This document shows, in pieces, positions 27,211 through 36,643 of a DNA stretch of 64,000 bases. How positions within the stretch are numbered: position 1 is the first letter of the stretch; every line of letters begins with the position of its first letter. Source of the DNA: Alphaproteobacteria bacterium (GTDB lineage: Bacteria > Pseudomonadota > Alphaproteobacteria > JBFXJJ01); assembly GCA_050175015.1 (NCBI GenBank), contig JBFXJJ010000004.1:32001-96000 (forward strand), read 5' to 3'. A model generated the notes under the pieces. That model saw only the letters and a list, made by a program, of their open reading frames with translations, was not told the origin of the DNA and did no database searches. Both the position numbers and the translations under genes were made by a program.

Positions 27211-28695
27211 CTATTTCCAGAAATTAAACGTATCTTTCTTAATCAACTTATCAGCATAACTGTCAACATCAGTATCTTTTAACGCATTTCCAGTTACATC
27301 AGAATCTTTTACACTCTGAACTTTTTCACCCAAAGCGTCACCTAATCTAAGCGGCATTTCAGATATATCCCTGAGCATTGCTGTTCTAATTTCCTGCGTT
27401 TCTAATTCAACAAGACTTAAAAGAATTTCTGTTTGAATTATAACGGCAACAGAGTTAGCTCTCCAAGCTTCGGCTAAACTTATCACAGGACCGTCGCCGC
27501 TACTTGAAGAAGATGAACCTCCTGAACTACCAGAACCTGAACTGCTATTGTTTCTATCTTCAATTTCGCTAGCATCAATCTCACCCAATGGATCAATCTT
27601 TTTACCATTTTCATGGAGTTCCAAGTGAAGGTGGGCACCAGTTGACATACCTGTATGTCCAACCTGACCGATAACCTGTCCTTTGGAGACCTTTTGACCA
27701 GGACTTACACCAACACTATTCATATGAGCGTAAAGTGTTGAATAACCATTGGCGTGCTTGATTTCAACGCGGTTACCATAACCACCACCACAACTACGAT
27801 TACCTTCAACACACCCAGTAACAACAGTTCCAACGGTTCCATCACCCGCAGCGTGAAGATCAGTACCTTTTGCTGCTGCAATATCAATACCACCATGGTT
27901 ACTTTGTTTTCCTGTTACAGGGTGAACACGAGGACCAAATTTAGATGAAATACGACCACTACAAACACCAAGAATATCTAAATCTAAATCTTTTTTCTCT
28001 TCATCAGCCTCTTCTTCTGGTTCTTCCTCTTTCTCTTCTTGTGTTTCTTGCTTAGATGCTGTCGTTACCGTAGCATCAGATGGAATTTTCAAGTATTCAT
28101 CAAGAACTTTATTAATTTTATCTGTAAAAACGCCATCAGCCACAGCCTTTTTGGCTCTAAGGGCTTCAGCATAAAGAATTGATAAATTAGTTTTATATAA
28201 ATCTTGCCTTTTTGAGAAAAGTCCCTGAACCAATTCTCCAGACATAGCACCGCTTGAGTTAATAAAGATATCACTATTACCAGTTACAAACCCCGCAACA
28301 CTATCAATCGAACCAGAACCTTCTTCTGAAAGCATACTGTTAAGTTCTTCGGTCTTAGCATCTGATAAAAATGGTTTACCGCCTATTTTACCTAAACCTT
28401 TGCCGAGTTTTTCATGATCACCCAACAAATTACGATCAGATGTCTTATCTAGGATTTCCTGCCAATTATCTCCTATTTTAGCTTTTAATAAAGCATCTAG
28501 GGATTCTATCTCGCTAGAAATCTGCTTATTTAATTCTTTATCGGCCTCAAGGTTTTCTTGTCTAGCGCTATCTCTTGCACAATCAGGACCGCTCCAAGCC
28601 TTTGCTTCTTCTGAATAGGCAAAAGCAAAAGTCAAAAGAACTAAATATATAGTTTTAATAATATACTTTGTCATAAAATTCATGTCCTTTTCCAA
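27211..28695 (-). CDS. Exported M23 metallopeptidase inserted in a VirB5-like helical scaffold
   Basis: ISSKFGPRVHPVTG, HGGID (HxxxD), YAHM and GAHLHLE (HxH), flanked by acidic and Ser/Gly linkers. M23 call is firm; the scaffold is inferred. Confidence 0.8.
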   Translation of the reverse strand: MEKDMNFMTKYIIKTIYLVLLTFAFAYSEEAKAWSGPDCARDSARQENLEADKELNKQISSEIESLDALLKAKIGDNWQEILDKTSDRNLLGDHEKLGKGLGKIGGKPFLSDAKTEELNSMLSEEGSGSIDSVAGFVTGNSDIFINSSGAMSGELVQGLFSKRQDLYKTNLSILYAEALRAKKAVADGVFTDKINKVLDEYLKIPSDATVTTASKQETQEEKEEEPEEEADEEKKDLDLDILGVCSGRISSKFGPRVHPVTGKQSNHGGIDIAAAKGTDLHAAGDGTVGTVVTGCVEGNRSCGGGYGNRVEIKHANGYSTLYAHMNSVGVSPGQKVSKGQVIGQVGHTGMSTGAHLHLELHENGKKIDPLGEIDASEIEDRNNSSSGSGSSGGSSSSSSGDGPVISLAEAWRANSVAVIIQTEILLSLVELETQEIRTAMLRDISEMPLRLGDALGEKVQSVKDSDVTGNALKDTDVDSYADKLIKKDTFNFWK

Positions 28696-28710
28696 TTGTT
28701 ACCTTGAAGT

Positions 28711-29406
28711 CTATTCACTCTTTGTTGCCAAACTTTCAGGATCACTTGTAGCAACCAAAGATGAGAAGCCTGAACGTTCAGAATTGCCTGCCATCAAAAA
28801 GAGCTGAGCAACAAGCAGATTGTTATACATAAGATCTAATTTATTAGCGTGCTTTATTGTGCAATCGATTGTCTTACACTGATTAACTGCCTCGATAACC
28901 TTATCGATAGTTTCTTTCATTTTGTTATTATATTCAATAACAGAAACAACCTGACCATAAGACATCGAACTCATCAAATTTGACATTTGATTTTTCTTTT
29001 TAGAGGCTTCATTGTAATTAACTGAATTGCCTGAGTTAAAAATAACTTTAATATCGCTTATAAATTTTTCAGCTGCGGCATCTGGATCATCTGCCATCGA
29101 TGCAGCCGTGTCAGAAGTATCGCTAGGAACAATAGGTCTAAACAATTCTAACTTAAGTGTTGAAACATCATCAAAAAGACCATCTGAAGAAAATGTACCA
29201 TAAGTTTTCTCAATAAGCTTCATTTCATCAAGAGAGTTTTGTATCAAATCAGTCCTATCATATTCATACTTCTTTTCTTCATTAAGAGTATCTTGATCAT
29301 CTTGGTCGCTTATAAAGCCAAGAATTGCGGAGTGAGCCCTTGCTTCATTCGAGGCAATAGTTACCAAAGCCAAGATTGATAAAAATGAAAACAATCGTTT
29401 TAACAT
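28711..29406 (-). CDS. Exported helical protein, VirB5-like
   Basis: Signal peptide ending ARA; 231 aa; C-terminal KETIDKVIEAVNQCKTIDCTIKHAN parallels its neighbours. Confidence 0.5.
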   Translation of the reverse strand: MLKRLFSFLSILALVTIASNEARAHSAILGFISDQDDQDTLNEEKKYEYDRTDLIQNSLDEMKLIEKTYGTFSSDGLFDDVSTLKLELFRPIVPSDTSDTAASMADDPDAAAEKFISDIKVIFNSGNSVNYNEASKKKNQMSNLMSSMSYGQVVSVIEYNNKMKETIDKVIEAVNQCKTIDCTIKHANKLDLMYNNLLVAQLFLMAGNSERSGFSSLVATSDPESLATKSE

Positions 29407-29442
29407 AATCGAAATCCCTTTCTTAGTAAAATTTTGCCTCTA

Positions 29443-31281
29443 TTACTTCTTATTAACTTCCCACTCTAACGCACCTTCTCTAATGATAACAGCGGTTGAA
29501 ACTTCTAAATAATTAGTATAAATTTCAAGCATCTGTTTAGCATAAAGAGTATTACTTAGCGCCAAGAGGTTACCATTAGCTAAATCATCTCTAATTGTAG
29601 ACGAAGTAGAAATTGTCTTTTTTAAGTCCTCTGATGTTTTGAGAACCTGTTTAGCCGTAGATCTAACAGCAATAGCTCCACTAAAGGCCTCACTAGTTGC
29701 ACCTTCGAGTAAAACTCTAGCATCTTCCACGTTTTCTTTATATTGTTTTGCAGTGAGATCTTCACTTCTCTTTAAGAAACTTTCCACTTTTGATTTAACG
29801 GTATCAGCATTTTCATAACTATCTTTGCTTATACCCCATTTCTTGAGCGTATCATTGTCCTTAATTGTCTTAGCTACACCTTTGAAATTGCCTTCCATTG
29901 AGTTTTTCAAATAATCAAAAGTTGACTTTCCTGGAGTGCCTATTTTGTTATAGGTGCTTTCTAACATATCATTAATTTCGACATATTTTTTAATCTGCTG
30001 CACACCATTTTTGACGATATCGGTAGTTGTCGAAACAGCTTTGGTATCGGTAACAGGATAGTTACAAGGAGCACAACCGCCACCACCGCCGCCAGCAGAA
30101 GAAAGTCCGCTGCTAACACTAGATGTAACACCAGAAGCTAAAGAACTAACATCCGCTACACTACTCAAACTATCTGTTAAGTTGCTGACATCGGCTAAAC
30201 TGCTTAAATCGGCACTTCCCATTAAATCTGACAATGAACCAAGATCAGCTATACTGCTTAAAGCTCCAGTATCAACCAAATCTTTTAAAGCTCCCATATC
30301 TGCCAAATCTTTCAACGCACCAAGATCTGCAATATCCTTAAGAGCGCTAAGATCCGTCAAATCTTTTAAAGCTCCAAGATCTGTTAAATCTTTTAAAACA
30401 CTCAAATCAGCCAAATCAGTTAGATTACCAAGATTAGCAAGATCTGTAATTGAACTTAAATCTGCCAAATCTTTTAAACTACCAATATCAACCAAATCCG
30501 TTAATGTACTTAAATCACCCAAATCTTTGAGAACACCCAAGTTGGTTAAATCAGTCAATGAACTTAAATCAACCATACTTGTTAAAGAGCTTAAATCTGT
30601 GAGTTTAGAAAGAGAATCTGTATCTAACAAACTAGTTAATGAACCAAGGGCTGCCAAATCTTTCAGACCTCCCAAGTCACCGATGTTAGCCAAAGAGCTC
30701 AAACTTGCTATTGAAGATAAATCTTTTAAAGAACTTGTTAGATTTTCAATATTAGCAATATTTTTTATTGAATCTAATCCACTAGTAAGGGCTCCAATAT
30801 CTGCCAATTTGGTTAAAGAGTCCAAACCTGCGATATCGCTCAAGGAACTTATATTTGTTAAGTCCGATAAAGAACCGACATCAACCAATTTTGTTATTGA
30901 ACTCAAATCTGACAAGTTTGATAAAGAGCTTATGCTTTCCAAGACACCGGTGTTAGTTAAGTCAGTGATGTCTTTTATAACCCCTAAATCAGCCAATTTA
31001 GATAAATCATCTAAAGAGCCTGCATCGGCAATCTTCTGCAAAGCTTCAAGATCAACGTTTGACAAAGACTTGCTATCAAGCCCCATACTTGATAATGTGC
31101 TTTCTAATTCACTGCTGACTGCTGTTTGAGCGGTGCTTTTAGCTGAACTAGCTACATTTGATAAAACACTATCTACGTTAGCTTTTGGTGATACAAAAAC
31201 TAAAAATGTAAAAAGCATTAATGTAGGAACAAAAAATTTTACTTTCATGGAAAAGCCCTTATAAAAAATTTTATACTTCAA
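29443..31281 (-). CDS. Exported protein with 9-aa Leu/Asp/Ser repeats and a VirB5-like C-terminal domain
   Basis: Signal peptide (likely start ATG at 31248); LKDLTDLGA-type repeats; GGGGGGCAPC linker; YPVTD...QQIKK...YNKIG resembling the VirB5 N-terminal motif. Confidence 0.6.
   Translation of the reverse strand: MKYKIFYKGFSMKVKFFVPTLMLFTFLVFVSPKANVDSVLSNVASSAKSTAQTAVSSELESTLSSMGLDSKSLSNVDLEALQKIADAGSLDDLSKLADLGVIKDITDLTNTGVLESISSLSNLSDLSSITKLVDVGSLSDLTNISSLSDIAGLDSLTKLADIGALTSGLDSIKNIANIENLTSSLKDLSSIASLSSLANIGDLGGLKDLAALGSLTSLLDTDSLSKLTDLSSLTSMVDLSSLTDLTNLGVLKDLGDLSTLTDLVDIGSLKDLADLSSITDLANLGNLTDLADLSVLKDLTDLGALKDLTDLSALKDIADLGALKDLADMGALKDLVDTGALSSIADLGSLSDLMGSADLSSLADVSNLTDSLSSVADVSSLASGVTSSVSSGLSSAGGGGGGCAPCNYPVTDTKAVSTTTDIVKNGVQQIKKYVEINDMLESTYNKIGTPGKSTFDYLKNSMEGNFKGVAKTIKDNDTLKKWGISKDSYENADTVKSKVESFLKRSEDLTAKQYKENVEDARVLLEGATSEAFSGAIAVRSTAKQVLKTSEDLKKTISTSSTIRDDLANGNLLALSNTLYAKQMLEIYTNYLEVSTAVIIREGALEWEVNKK
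30190..31040 (-). repeat. Degenerate 27-bp coding tandem repeat
   Basis: Recurring AAATCTTTTAAAGCTCC / AGATC units encoding LKDLxDLGA. Confidence 0.75.
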
Positions 31282-31299
31282 TTTAATACTTTACTTCTT

Positions 31300-31365
31300 A
31301 TTATATTATCAAAAAAACATATATAATGCGAATTAATTTATATTAAACTTATATTAATTTTTTAA
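31300..31365 (-). promoter_or_regulatory. Upstream motif of the virB5-like operon with TTAA-N7-TTAA (CtrA-like box)
   Basis: TTAA at 31333, 31343 and 31354; a near-copy of the block lies at 33038-33102. Confidence 0.5.
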
Positions 31366-31564
31366 CTAAAATTTTATCTTATTATATTTAATTTTTAAAA
31401 AAATCTTTGTTAAACAGATGGTTATGGCCATAAAAAACAACAATAATACGGCTTATTTCTTTAATATAATTCACATAAAAAAACCCATTTGGAGTTCTTT
31501 AATTAAGAATCCTAATAGGCTTTTCTATGTTTTTGATTATTTTAAAAGTAAAAAATTGCTTTAA

Positions 31565-31858
31565 TTAAGCTTCTTTACGATTCGCCACTTTTTCAATTCT
31601 ACGTCTAATGCGTCTTGCTTCTTCAGTTAATTTGCTTTTTGATGTAGAAAGCAAGAAAGCATCAATTCCACCCTTGTGTTCAATGGTGCGTAAAGTGCTT
31701 GAACAAATACGCATAGAAATCGTTGTTTGCAGAGTTTCACTTAAAAGTGAAACATTTTGAAGATTTGGTAAAAATCTACGACGAGTTTTATTGTTAGCGT
31801 GGCTAACATTATTTCCTGTCATAACTCCCTTACCTGTTAATGTACAGCGCTTTGCCAT
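31565..31858 (-). CDS. rpmB: 50S ribosomal protein L28
   Basis: MAKRCTLTGKGVMTGNNVSHANNKTRRRFLPNLQ. Confidence 0.97.
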   Translation of the reverse strand: MAKRCTLTGKGVMTGNNVSHANNKTRRRFLPNLQNVSLLSETLQTTISMRICSSTLRTIEHKGGIDAFLLSTSKSKLTEEARRIRRRIEKVANRKEA

Positions 31859-32035
31859 ATCCTTGTCCTTTCGTTAATGCCTCATATTTTATTGCCGCAT
31901 AAATAATATGCCGAGAAAATCTCTCAATAAAGCGATATATTTAAGTCTTTTTGCCATATTCCGTCAAGCAAAAAAAATCTTAAATACTAACTTTATACGT
32001 TAATATTTAAGATTTTTTAGTTTATTTAAGTAATT

Positions 32036-33004
32036 TTAGTAGATGCCAACTGGTCTGTCTGGGTGTTTTTGATGAGCTTCAAAAGCTGAGGCTTTAAGAG
32101 CCCACTCACTTAAATATTTAACTGAAACTGAATCATCATAAGAATCTAAGTCGGATAAACCTTTTAAATCGTCAAAAACTTTTAAATCGACAAGAATCTT
32201 TAAATCACCATTATCAGCCAACTGCTTAAGGTATGGCAAATCATCGATGTTTTTTAAAGAACCTAAACCTGTCATCTGTTTTAAAGCTCCAATGTTTGTC
32301 GCATAAGAGATTGACTTTAACTCTGTAATATCTTTAATTTTGCCCGAAGCCGCAAAATCCTTTATTGAGTTAATATTTCCAAGGTCTTTAAAACCATCAA
32401 CCTTAGCAAGTTCATCTAAAGAACCATCATCTTTAAGTTCTTTAATAACAGCCAAATCAGCAATGCTTTTCAAAGCTCCAGTGTCCGCAATTTCTTTGAT
32501 TGCAGCTAAATCCTTATCGCTTTTTAAAACACCTGAAGTTGACAATTCTTTCAAGGTTGATAAATCAGAAACGTTTTTCAACACACCAGAATCACTAAGA
32601 CTTTTTAAACTGCCGTTTTGGGCAAAACGTTCCAAAGAACCGAGATTATCGAAACCTTCGAGATTATCGCCAAGTCCGCCTTCTTTTAATTTAGCGATGA
32701 TATCTTTTGCTTTTGTACCAGAAGCAACTTCTTTAACAAAAAGATTAGCAATAGCTTCGTCCATAGAATTTGCACCAAACTCCATTTCTTTTTTAAAAAG
32801 AATTGTAGCCGCGCCCTCATCGGTTTTAGCTCCAGCTTTTAATTCTGCTTTAAAAAGATTAGGAAAGGCTTCTTTTAACATCTTAGGCTCAAGCTTAACA
32901 TCTCCAACCGACGTTGTAGCTTCTTCTGCACAAATAGCATTAATAGGAAGTAACACTGATATTAACAATAGCGCCAATACCGAAATTAAAGATACCTTTT
33001 TCAT
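32036..33004 (-). CDS. Exported protein with the same Leu-rich repeat as 29443..31281
   Basis: Signal peptide; IKEIADTGALKSIADL here versus LKDLVDTGALSSIADL in the operon gene. Confidence 0.6.
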   Translation of the reverse strand: MKKVSLISVLALLLISVLLPINAICAEEATTSVGDVKLEPKMLKEAFPNLFKAELKAGAKTDEGAATILFKKEMEFGANSMDEAIANLFVKEVASGTKAKDIIAKLKEGGLGDNLEGFDNLGSLERFAQNGSLKSLSDSGVLKNVSDLSTLKELSTSGVLKSDKDLAAIKEIADTGALKSIADLAVIKELKDDGSLDELAKVDGFKDLGNINSIKDFAASGKIKDITELKSISYATNIGALKQMTGLGSLKNIDDLPYLKQLADNGDLKILVDLKVFDDLKGLSDLDSYDDSVSVKYLSEWALKASAFEAHQKHPDRPVGIY

Positions 33005-33037
33005 TGAAAAAACCTCTTTATTTGAGTTGACATTACC

Positions 33038-33102
33038 TTATATAATAACAAAGAAACGCAAATAAAGCGAATTAATTTTATATTAAATTGTATTAATTTT
33101 TA
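33038..33102 (-). promoter_or_regulatory. Upstream motif with TTAA-N7-TTAA, paralogous to 31300-31365
   Basis: GCGAATTAATTTTATATTAAATTGTATTAATTTTT; TTAA at 33072, 33083 and 33093. Confidence 0.5.
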
Positions 33103-33157
33103 TAAAAAATATTTTTCATCGAATACAAACTGCTGAAAACAAAAATATTGTATGCAA

Positions 33158-33850
33158 TTAATCAAACAACGCATCAATATCATTTTGATTAATTGTTACG
33201 CCACTTGGCTTTTCTTCCGTTTGAGGAGCCGCAACATCTTTTTTCACATTTTTTTTACCAACAGAATCGCTAGAACCAGGTGTCTTCTTTGCCACCTCTT
33301 CTCCTCCAAGCATAGCGTCAATTTGATCTTGCGTTACGCCTTGACCTTTTAAAGCGGGACCATTCAAATATTTTTTATATTCATCGGTTTCAACTTCTTT
33401 TTCAACTTTGATACTTTGAATTGCTTTTTCGCCCCACATTGAAATCAGAGAATTAACTCTTTTTTCTACATATTGCATTGCTCTGATAACTTTAGTTACT
33501 CTTTGACCTGTAATATCTTGAAAAGAGCAAGAAACAATAATATTAGATGTACTGTCACAAATTTTATCAAGAGCGTTTATGATATCTGGATCAGAGACCT
33601 TCTCTTTTATTTCGCACACAAGATCATCTATATTCTCGGAGTTTTCCATTATGTCTGATGTTGCCTGTTCTGTGGCTTCAATAACAGCATCAAGTTCATC
33701 ACTAATTTCGGTAAAATGATCGTCAGGATTTTTAATAAGAGCTATTTCTTTCTTAATTTTTTGAATATGCATCATTAAGTCAGTCAGACCCTTCTTCAAG
33801 GTTAAAACTTCTTTGGGTCCTACAATTTGTTCTTTTGCAGCTTCGTTCAC
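33158..33850 (-). CDS. cheZ: Alphaproteobacterial CheZ-family protein phosphatase
   Basis: ELDAVIEATEQATSDIM, SCSFQDITGQR (DxxxQ), LNGP and C-terminal QNDIDALFD. Confidence 0.85.
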   Translation of the reverse strand: MNEAAKEQIVGPKEVLTLKKGLTDLMMHIQKIKKEIALIKNPDDHFTEISDELDAVIEATEQATSDIMENSENIDDLVCEIKEKVSDPDIINALDKICDSTSNIIVSCSFQDITGQRVTKVIRAMQYVEKRVNSLISMWGEKAIQSIKVEKEVETDEYKKYLNGPALKGQGVTQDQIDAMLGGEEVAKKTPGSSDSVGKKNVKKDVAAPQTEEKPSGVTINQNDIDALFD

Positions 33851-33998
33851 GTTACTATAATCCCCCGATTTTAATAAATTAAAAACTCTTCACTTCGTTG
33901 ATAACAACCAACAATAGTCTACCAAAAGACTTTTTCTTAAAAAAATTAAAGATAGTTATTTTTTTGCAAAAAAGAAATATATTATTAAAATAAAGCTA

Positions 33999-35246
33999 TT
34001 ACTCTGTTAATAACTTAAGAATTGCGTGCTTCTTTTTACCTGAAGACAGTTTTATTTTATCATCTTTTAGAAGCTCTTTAGTAATAACAAAATTTTCATC
34101 TGTAATAACATCATCGTTAACTCTAGCCCCGCCCTGCTTAATCAAACGACGGACTTCGCCATTAGACTCGCAAAGACCAATATCTCTAAAAGCTTTAACA
34201 ATAGGAAGCCCTTCTGATAATTCTTTAATGCTGACATCTATGCTCGGCAGATTGCCGCCAACCAAACCTTCTTCAAACGTCTTACGAGCAGTTTCCGCAG
34301 CTTCATTAGCTAAATCCTCCCCGTGACAGAGTTTTGTTGCTTCAAAAGCTAAAACTTTTTTAGCTTCATTTATTTCGGCATCTTTTAACTGCTCAAGCTT
34401 TTCAATTTCTGAAATTGGCAGCTCAGTGAAAAATCTTAAAAAACGTCCAACATCTTTATCTTCCGTATTACGCCAAAACTGCCAGTAATCATAAGCAGAT
34501 AGCTTCTCTTGATTAAGCCAGACAGCTCCGCCTACTGATTTACCCATCTTCGCGCCAGAAGATGTTGTAATTAGAGGAACTGTTAATCCAAAGACTTCTT
34601 TAGCATCGATTCTTCTGGTTAACTCAACACCATTGATGATGTTACCCCACTGGTCAGATCCCCCCATTTGCAAGGTCACTTTGTGCTTACGTGATAGTTC
34701 CAAAAAGTCATATGCTTGAAGAATCATATAATTGAACTCTAGAAACGTTAAAGGCTGTTCTCTATCTAGGCGCAGTTTTACTGACTCGAATGAAAGCATA
34801 CGATTAATAGTAAAATGAACACCATAATCTCTTAAAAAGGATATATAAGACAGGTTATCAAGCCAATCAGCATTATTTACCATAACGGCACTATTATCAC
34901 CGTTGTCAAAATTAAGATATTTCTCAAAAACCTTTTTTATGCCGCTCATATTTTTGTTAATAGCGGCATCATCGAGCAACGGCCTGCTGTCATCACGAAA
35001 GGAAGGATCTCCAATTTTAGATGTTCCGCCTCCCATAAGCACTATCGGCTTATGTCCCATTTTTTGGAACCATCTTAAAAACATTATTGTTAACAAACTG
35101 CCGACGTGCAGACTATCTGCGGTACAGTCATAACCAAGGTAACCAACAACCATTTCTTTCGAGAGTTTCTCGTCTAATTCTTCAAGATTTGTACATTGAT
35201 TTAAAAAACCACGTTCTTTTATTACTTTTAAAAATTCTGATTTCAT
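33999..35246 (-). CDS. tyrS: Tyrosine--tRNA ligase
   Basis: SLHVGS (HIGH-like), [16 protein letters not shown] and a C-terminal S4 domain. Confidence 0.97.
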   Translation of the reverse strand: MKSEFLKVIKERGFLNQCTNLEELDEKLSKEMVVGYLGYDCTADSLHVGSLLTIMFLRWFQKMGHKPIVLMGGGTSKIGDPSFRDDSRPLLDDAAINKNMSGIKKVFEKYLNFDNGDNSAVMVNNADWLDNLSYISFLRDYGVHFTINRMLSFESVKLRLDREQPLTFLEFNYMILQAYDFLELSRKHKVTLQMGGSDQWGNIINGVELTRRIDAKEVFGLTVPLITTSSGAKMGKSVGGAVWLNQEKLSAYDYWQFWRNTEDKDVGRFLRFFTELPISEIEKLEQLKDAEINEAKKVLAFEATKLCHGEDLANEAAETARKTFEEGLVGGNLPSIDVSIKELSEGLPIVKAFRDIGLCESNGEVRRLIKQGGARVNDDVITDENFVITKELLKDDKIKLSSGKKKHAILKLLTE

Positions 35247-35335
35247 ATTAAATACCTTCAGTTATTTGTTAACCAATATGATGATATACTTTATATGTTT
35301 ATTTAAAAAAATAATAAAGAGGATTTAAACGACTT

Positions 35336-36460
35336 ATGGAAGTTATTAGACCAATGACAGCTCTAGGAATGATGAGCGGAACTTCGATTGATGGTGTTGA
35401 CGCCGCACTCATTATTACAGACGGAATTGATATTTATGAGACTGGCCCTGCAATAACCCGTCATTATGATGAAGAATTAAAGAATAAAATAAGATCTATT
35501 TTATGGTTAGAAGGCCCTGAAAACGCAGAAAAAATTGCTGAAGTTGAAAAAGACGTTACTCTTTTCCACGCCGAGGTTGCTAAAAATCTTTTAGAAAACA
35601 GCTGCCTCGAACCAGTTGATATTGATGTCGTAGGTTTTCATGGTCATACTATTCTTCACAACCCATCAGAAAGAAAAACGCATCAAATTGGTAATGGAAA
35701 ATTACTCGCCGATGAACTCGGAATTGAAGTTATTAACCGTTTCCGTAATGTTGATGTTACCTGCGGTGGTCAAGGCGCTCCTCTTGTACCTGTTTTCCAC
35801 GAAGCTATGACTAGAAATATTGAGCGTCCCGTTGCGGTTCTTAATATCGGCGGCGTTGCAAATTTTACTTGGATTGGAGAAAATGGTGAACTCTTAGCTT
35901 TTGATACTGGCCCTGGCAATGCAATGATTGATGACTGGGTCAATAAAACCACCGATTCTGCGATGGATTACGACGGTAATTTTGCGGTCAAAGGAAACGT
36001 TGAGCAAAAAATCTTAAACAAAATGATGTCTAATGAATATTTCATAAAAATTCCGCCAAAATCTTTAGACCGTAATGAGTTTATGAAATATATGCAGGAC
36101 CTTGAAGGAATGTCTCCCGAAGATGGAGCCGCAACTCTTACAGCTTTCACAGCTGAAGCGGTTGCATATGCCGTTCAAAAGCATTTTCCAAAGCCTGTTA
36201 AACAAATAATCGTTAGCGGCGGCGGCGCAAGAAACCCAACATTGATGCGTATGATTCGCCAAAGAGTCCCGATTGATGTTGTAAAAGCTTCTTCTTTAGG
36301 TTGGAACGGTGATGCTTTTGAAGCTCAAGCTTTTGCCTTTTTAGCTGTGCGCAGTGTTTTTGGCTTGCCAATAAGCTTTGCCTCAACAACTGGGGTGCCT
36401 CACGCAACCTCTGGAGGAACCAGACATTTCCCTAAAAATCCATCAATGGCTATAAAATAA
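35336..36460 (+). CDS. anmK: Anhydro-N-acetylmuramic acid kinase
   Basis: GMMSGTSIDGVD, GGQGAPLVP, LNIGGVAN, FDTGPGN and EAQAFAFLA. Confidence 0.95.
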   Translation: MEVIRPMTALGMMSGTSIDGVDAALIITDGIDIYETGPAITRHYDEELKNKIRSILWLEGPENAEKIAEVEKDVTLFHAEVAKNLLENSCLEPVDIDVVGFHGHTILHNPSERKTHQIGNGKLLADELGIEVINRFRNVDVTCGGQGAPLVPVFHEAMTRNIERPVAVLNIGGVANFTWIGENGELLAFDTGPGNAMIDDWVNKTTDSAMDYDGNFAVKGNVEQKILNKMMSNEYFIKIPPKSLDRNEFMKYMQDLEGMSPEDGAATLTAFTAEAVAYAVQKHFPKPVKQIIVSGGGARNPTLMRMIRQRVPIDVVKASSLGWNGDAFEAQAFAFLAVRSVFGLPISFASTTGVPHATSGGTRHFPKNPSMAIK

Positions 36461-36601
36461 GCTAATGAAAAAATACTTTGATTGCAGACTTTGATAAAAC
36501 CGGTAATGAAATCTCAATTTTTGAATAATCATTAGGTTGCTTTAATCTTTAGCTTATAGTTATTTATGCTTAAATATTGGCTTATTATAACATATGAAAG
36601 C

Positions 36602-36640
36602 AATAAAAAAGCTTCAGTAAAATACTGAAGCTTTTTTATT
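36602..36640. terminator. Bidirectional terminator
   Basis: AATAAAAAAGCTTCAGTA-N3-TACTGAAGCTTTTTTATT between convergent genes. Confidence 0.8.
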
Positions 36641-36643
36641 ATT

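Noticed and set aside
10429-31281. Integrative conjugative element
   Set aside because: No integrase, relaxase, coupling protein, tRNA or flanking direct repeats were seen.
33028-33046. TTGACA...TATAAT on the plus strand
   Set aside because: The spacing is far short of 17 bp and no credible plus-strand gene follows.
30182-33065. Plus-strand ORFs of 315 aa and 241 aa
   Set aside because: Antisense shadows of the Leu/Asp repeat genes, which have signal peptides and operon context.
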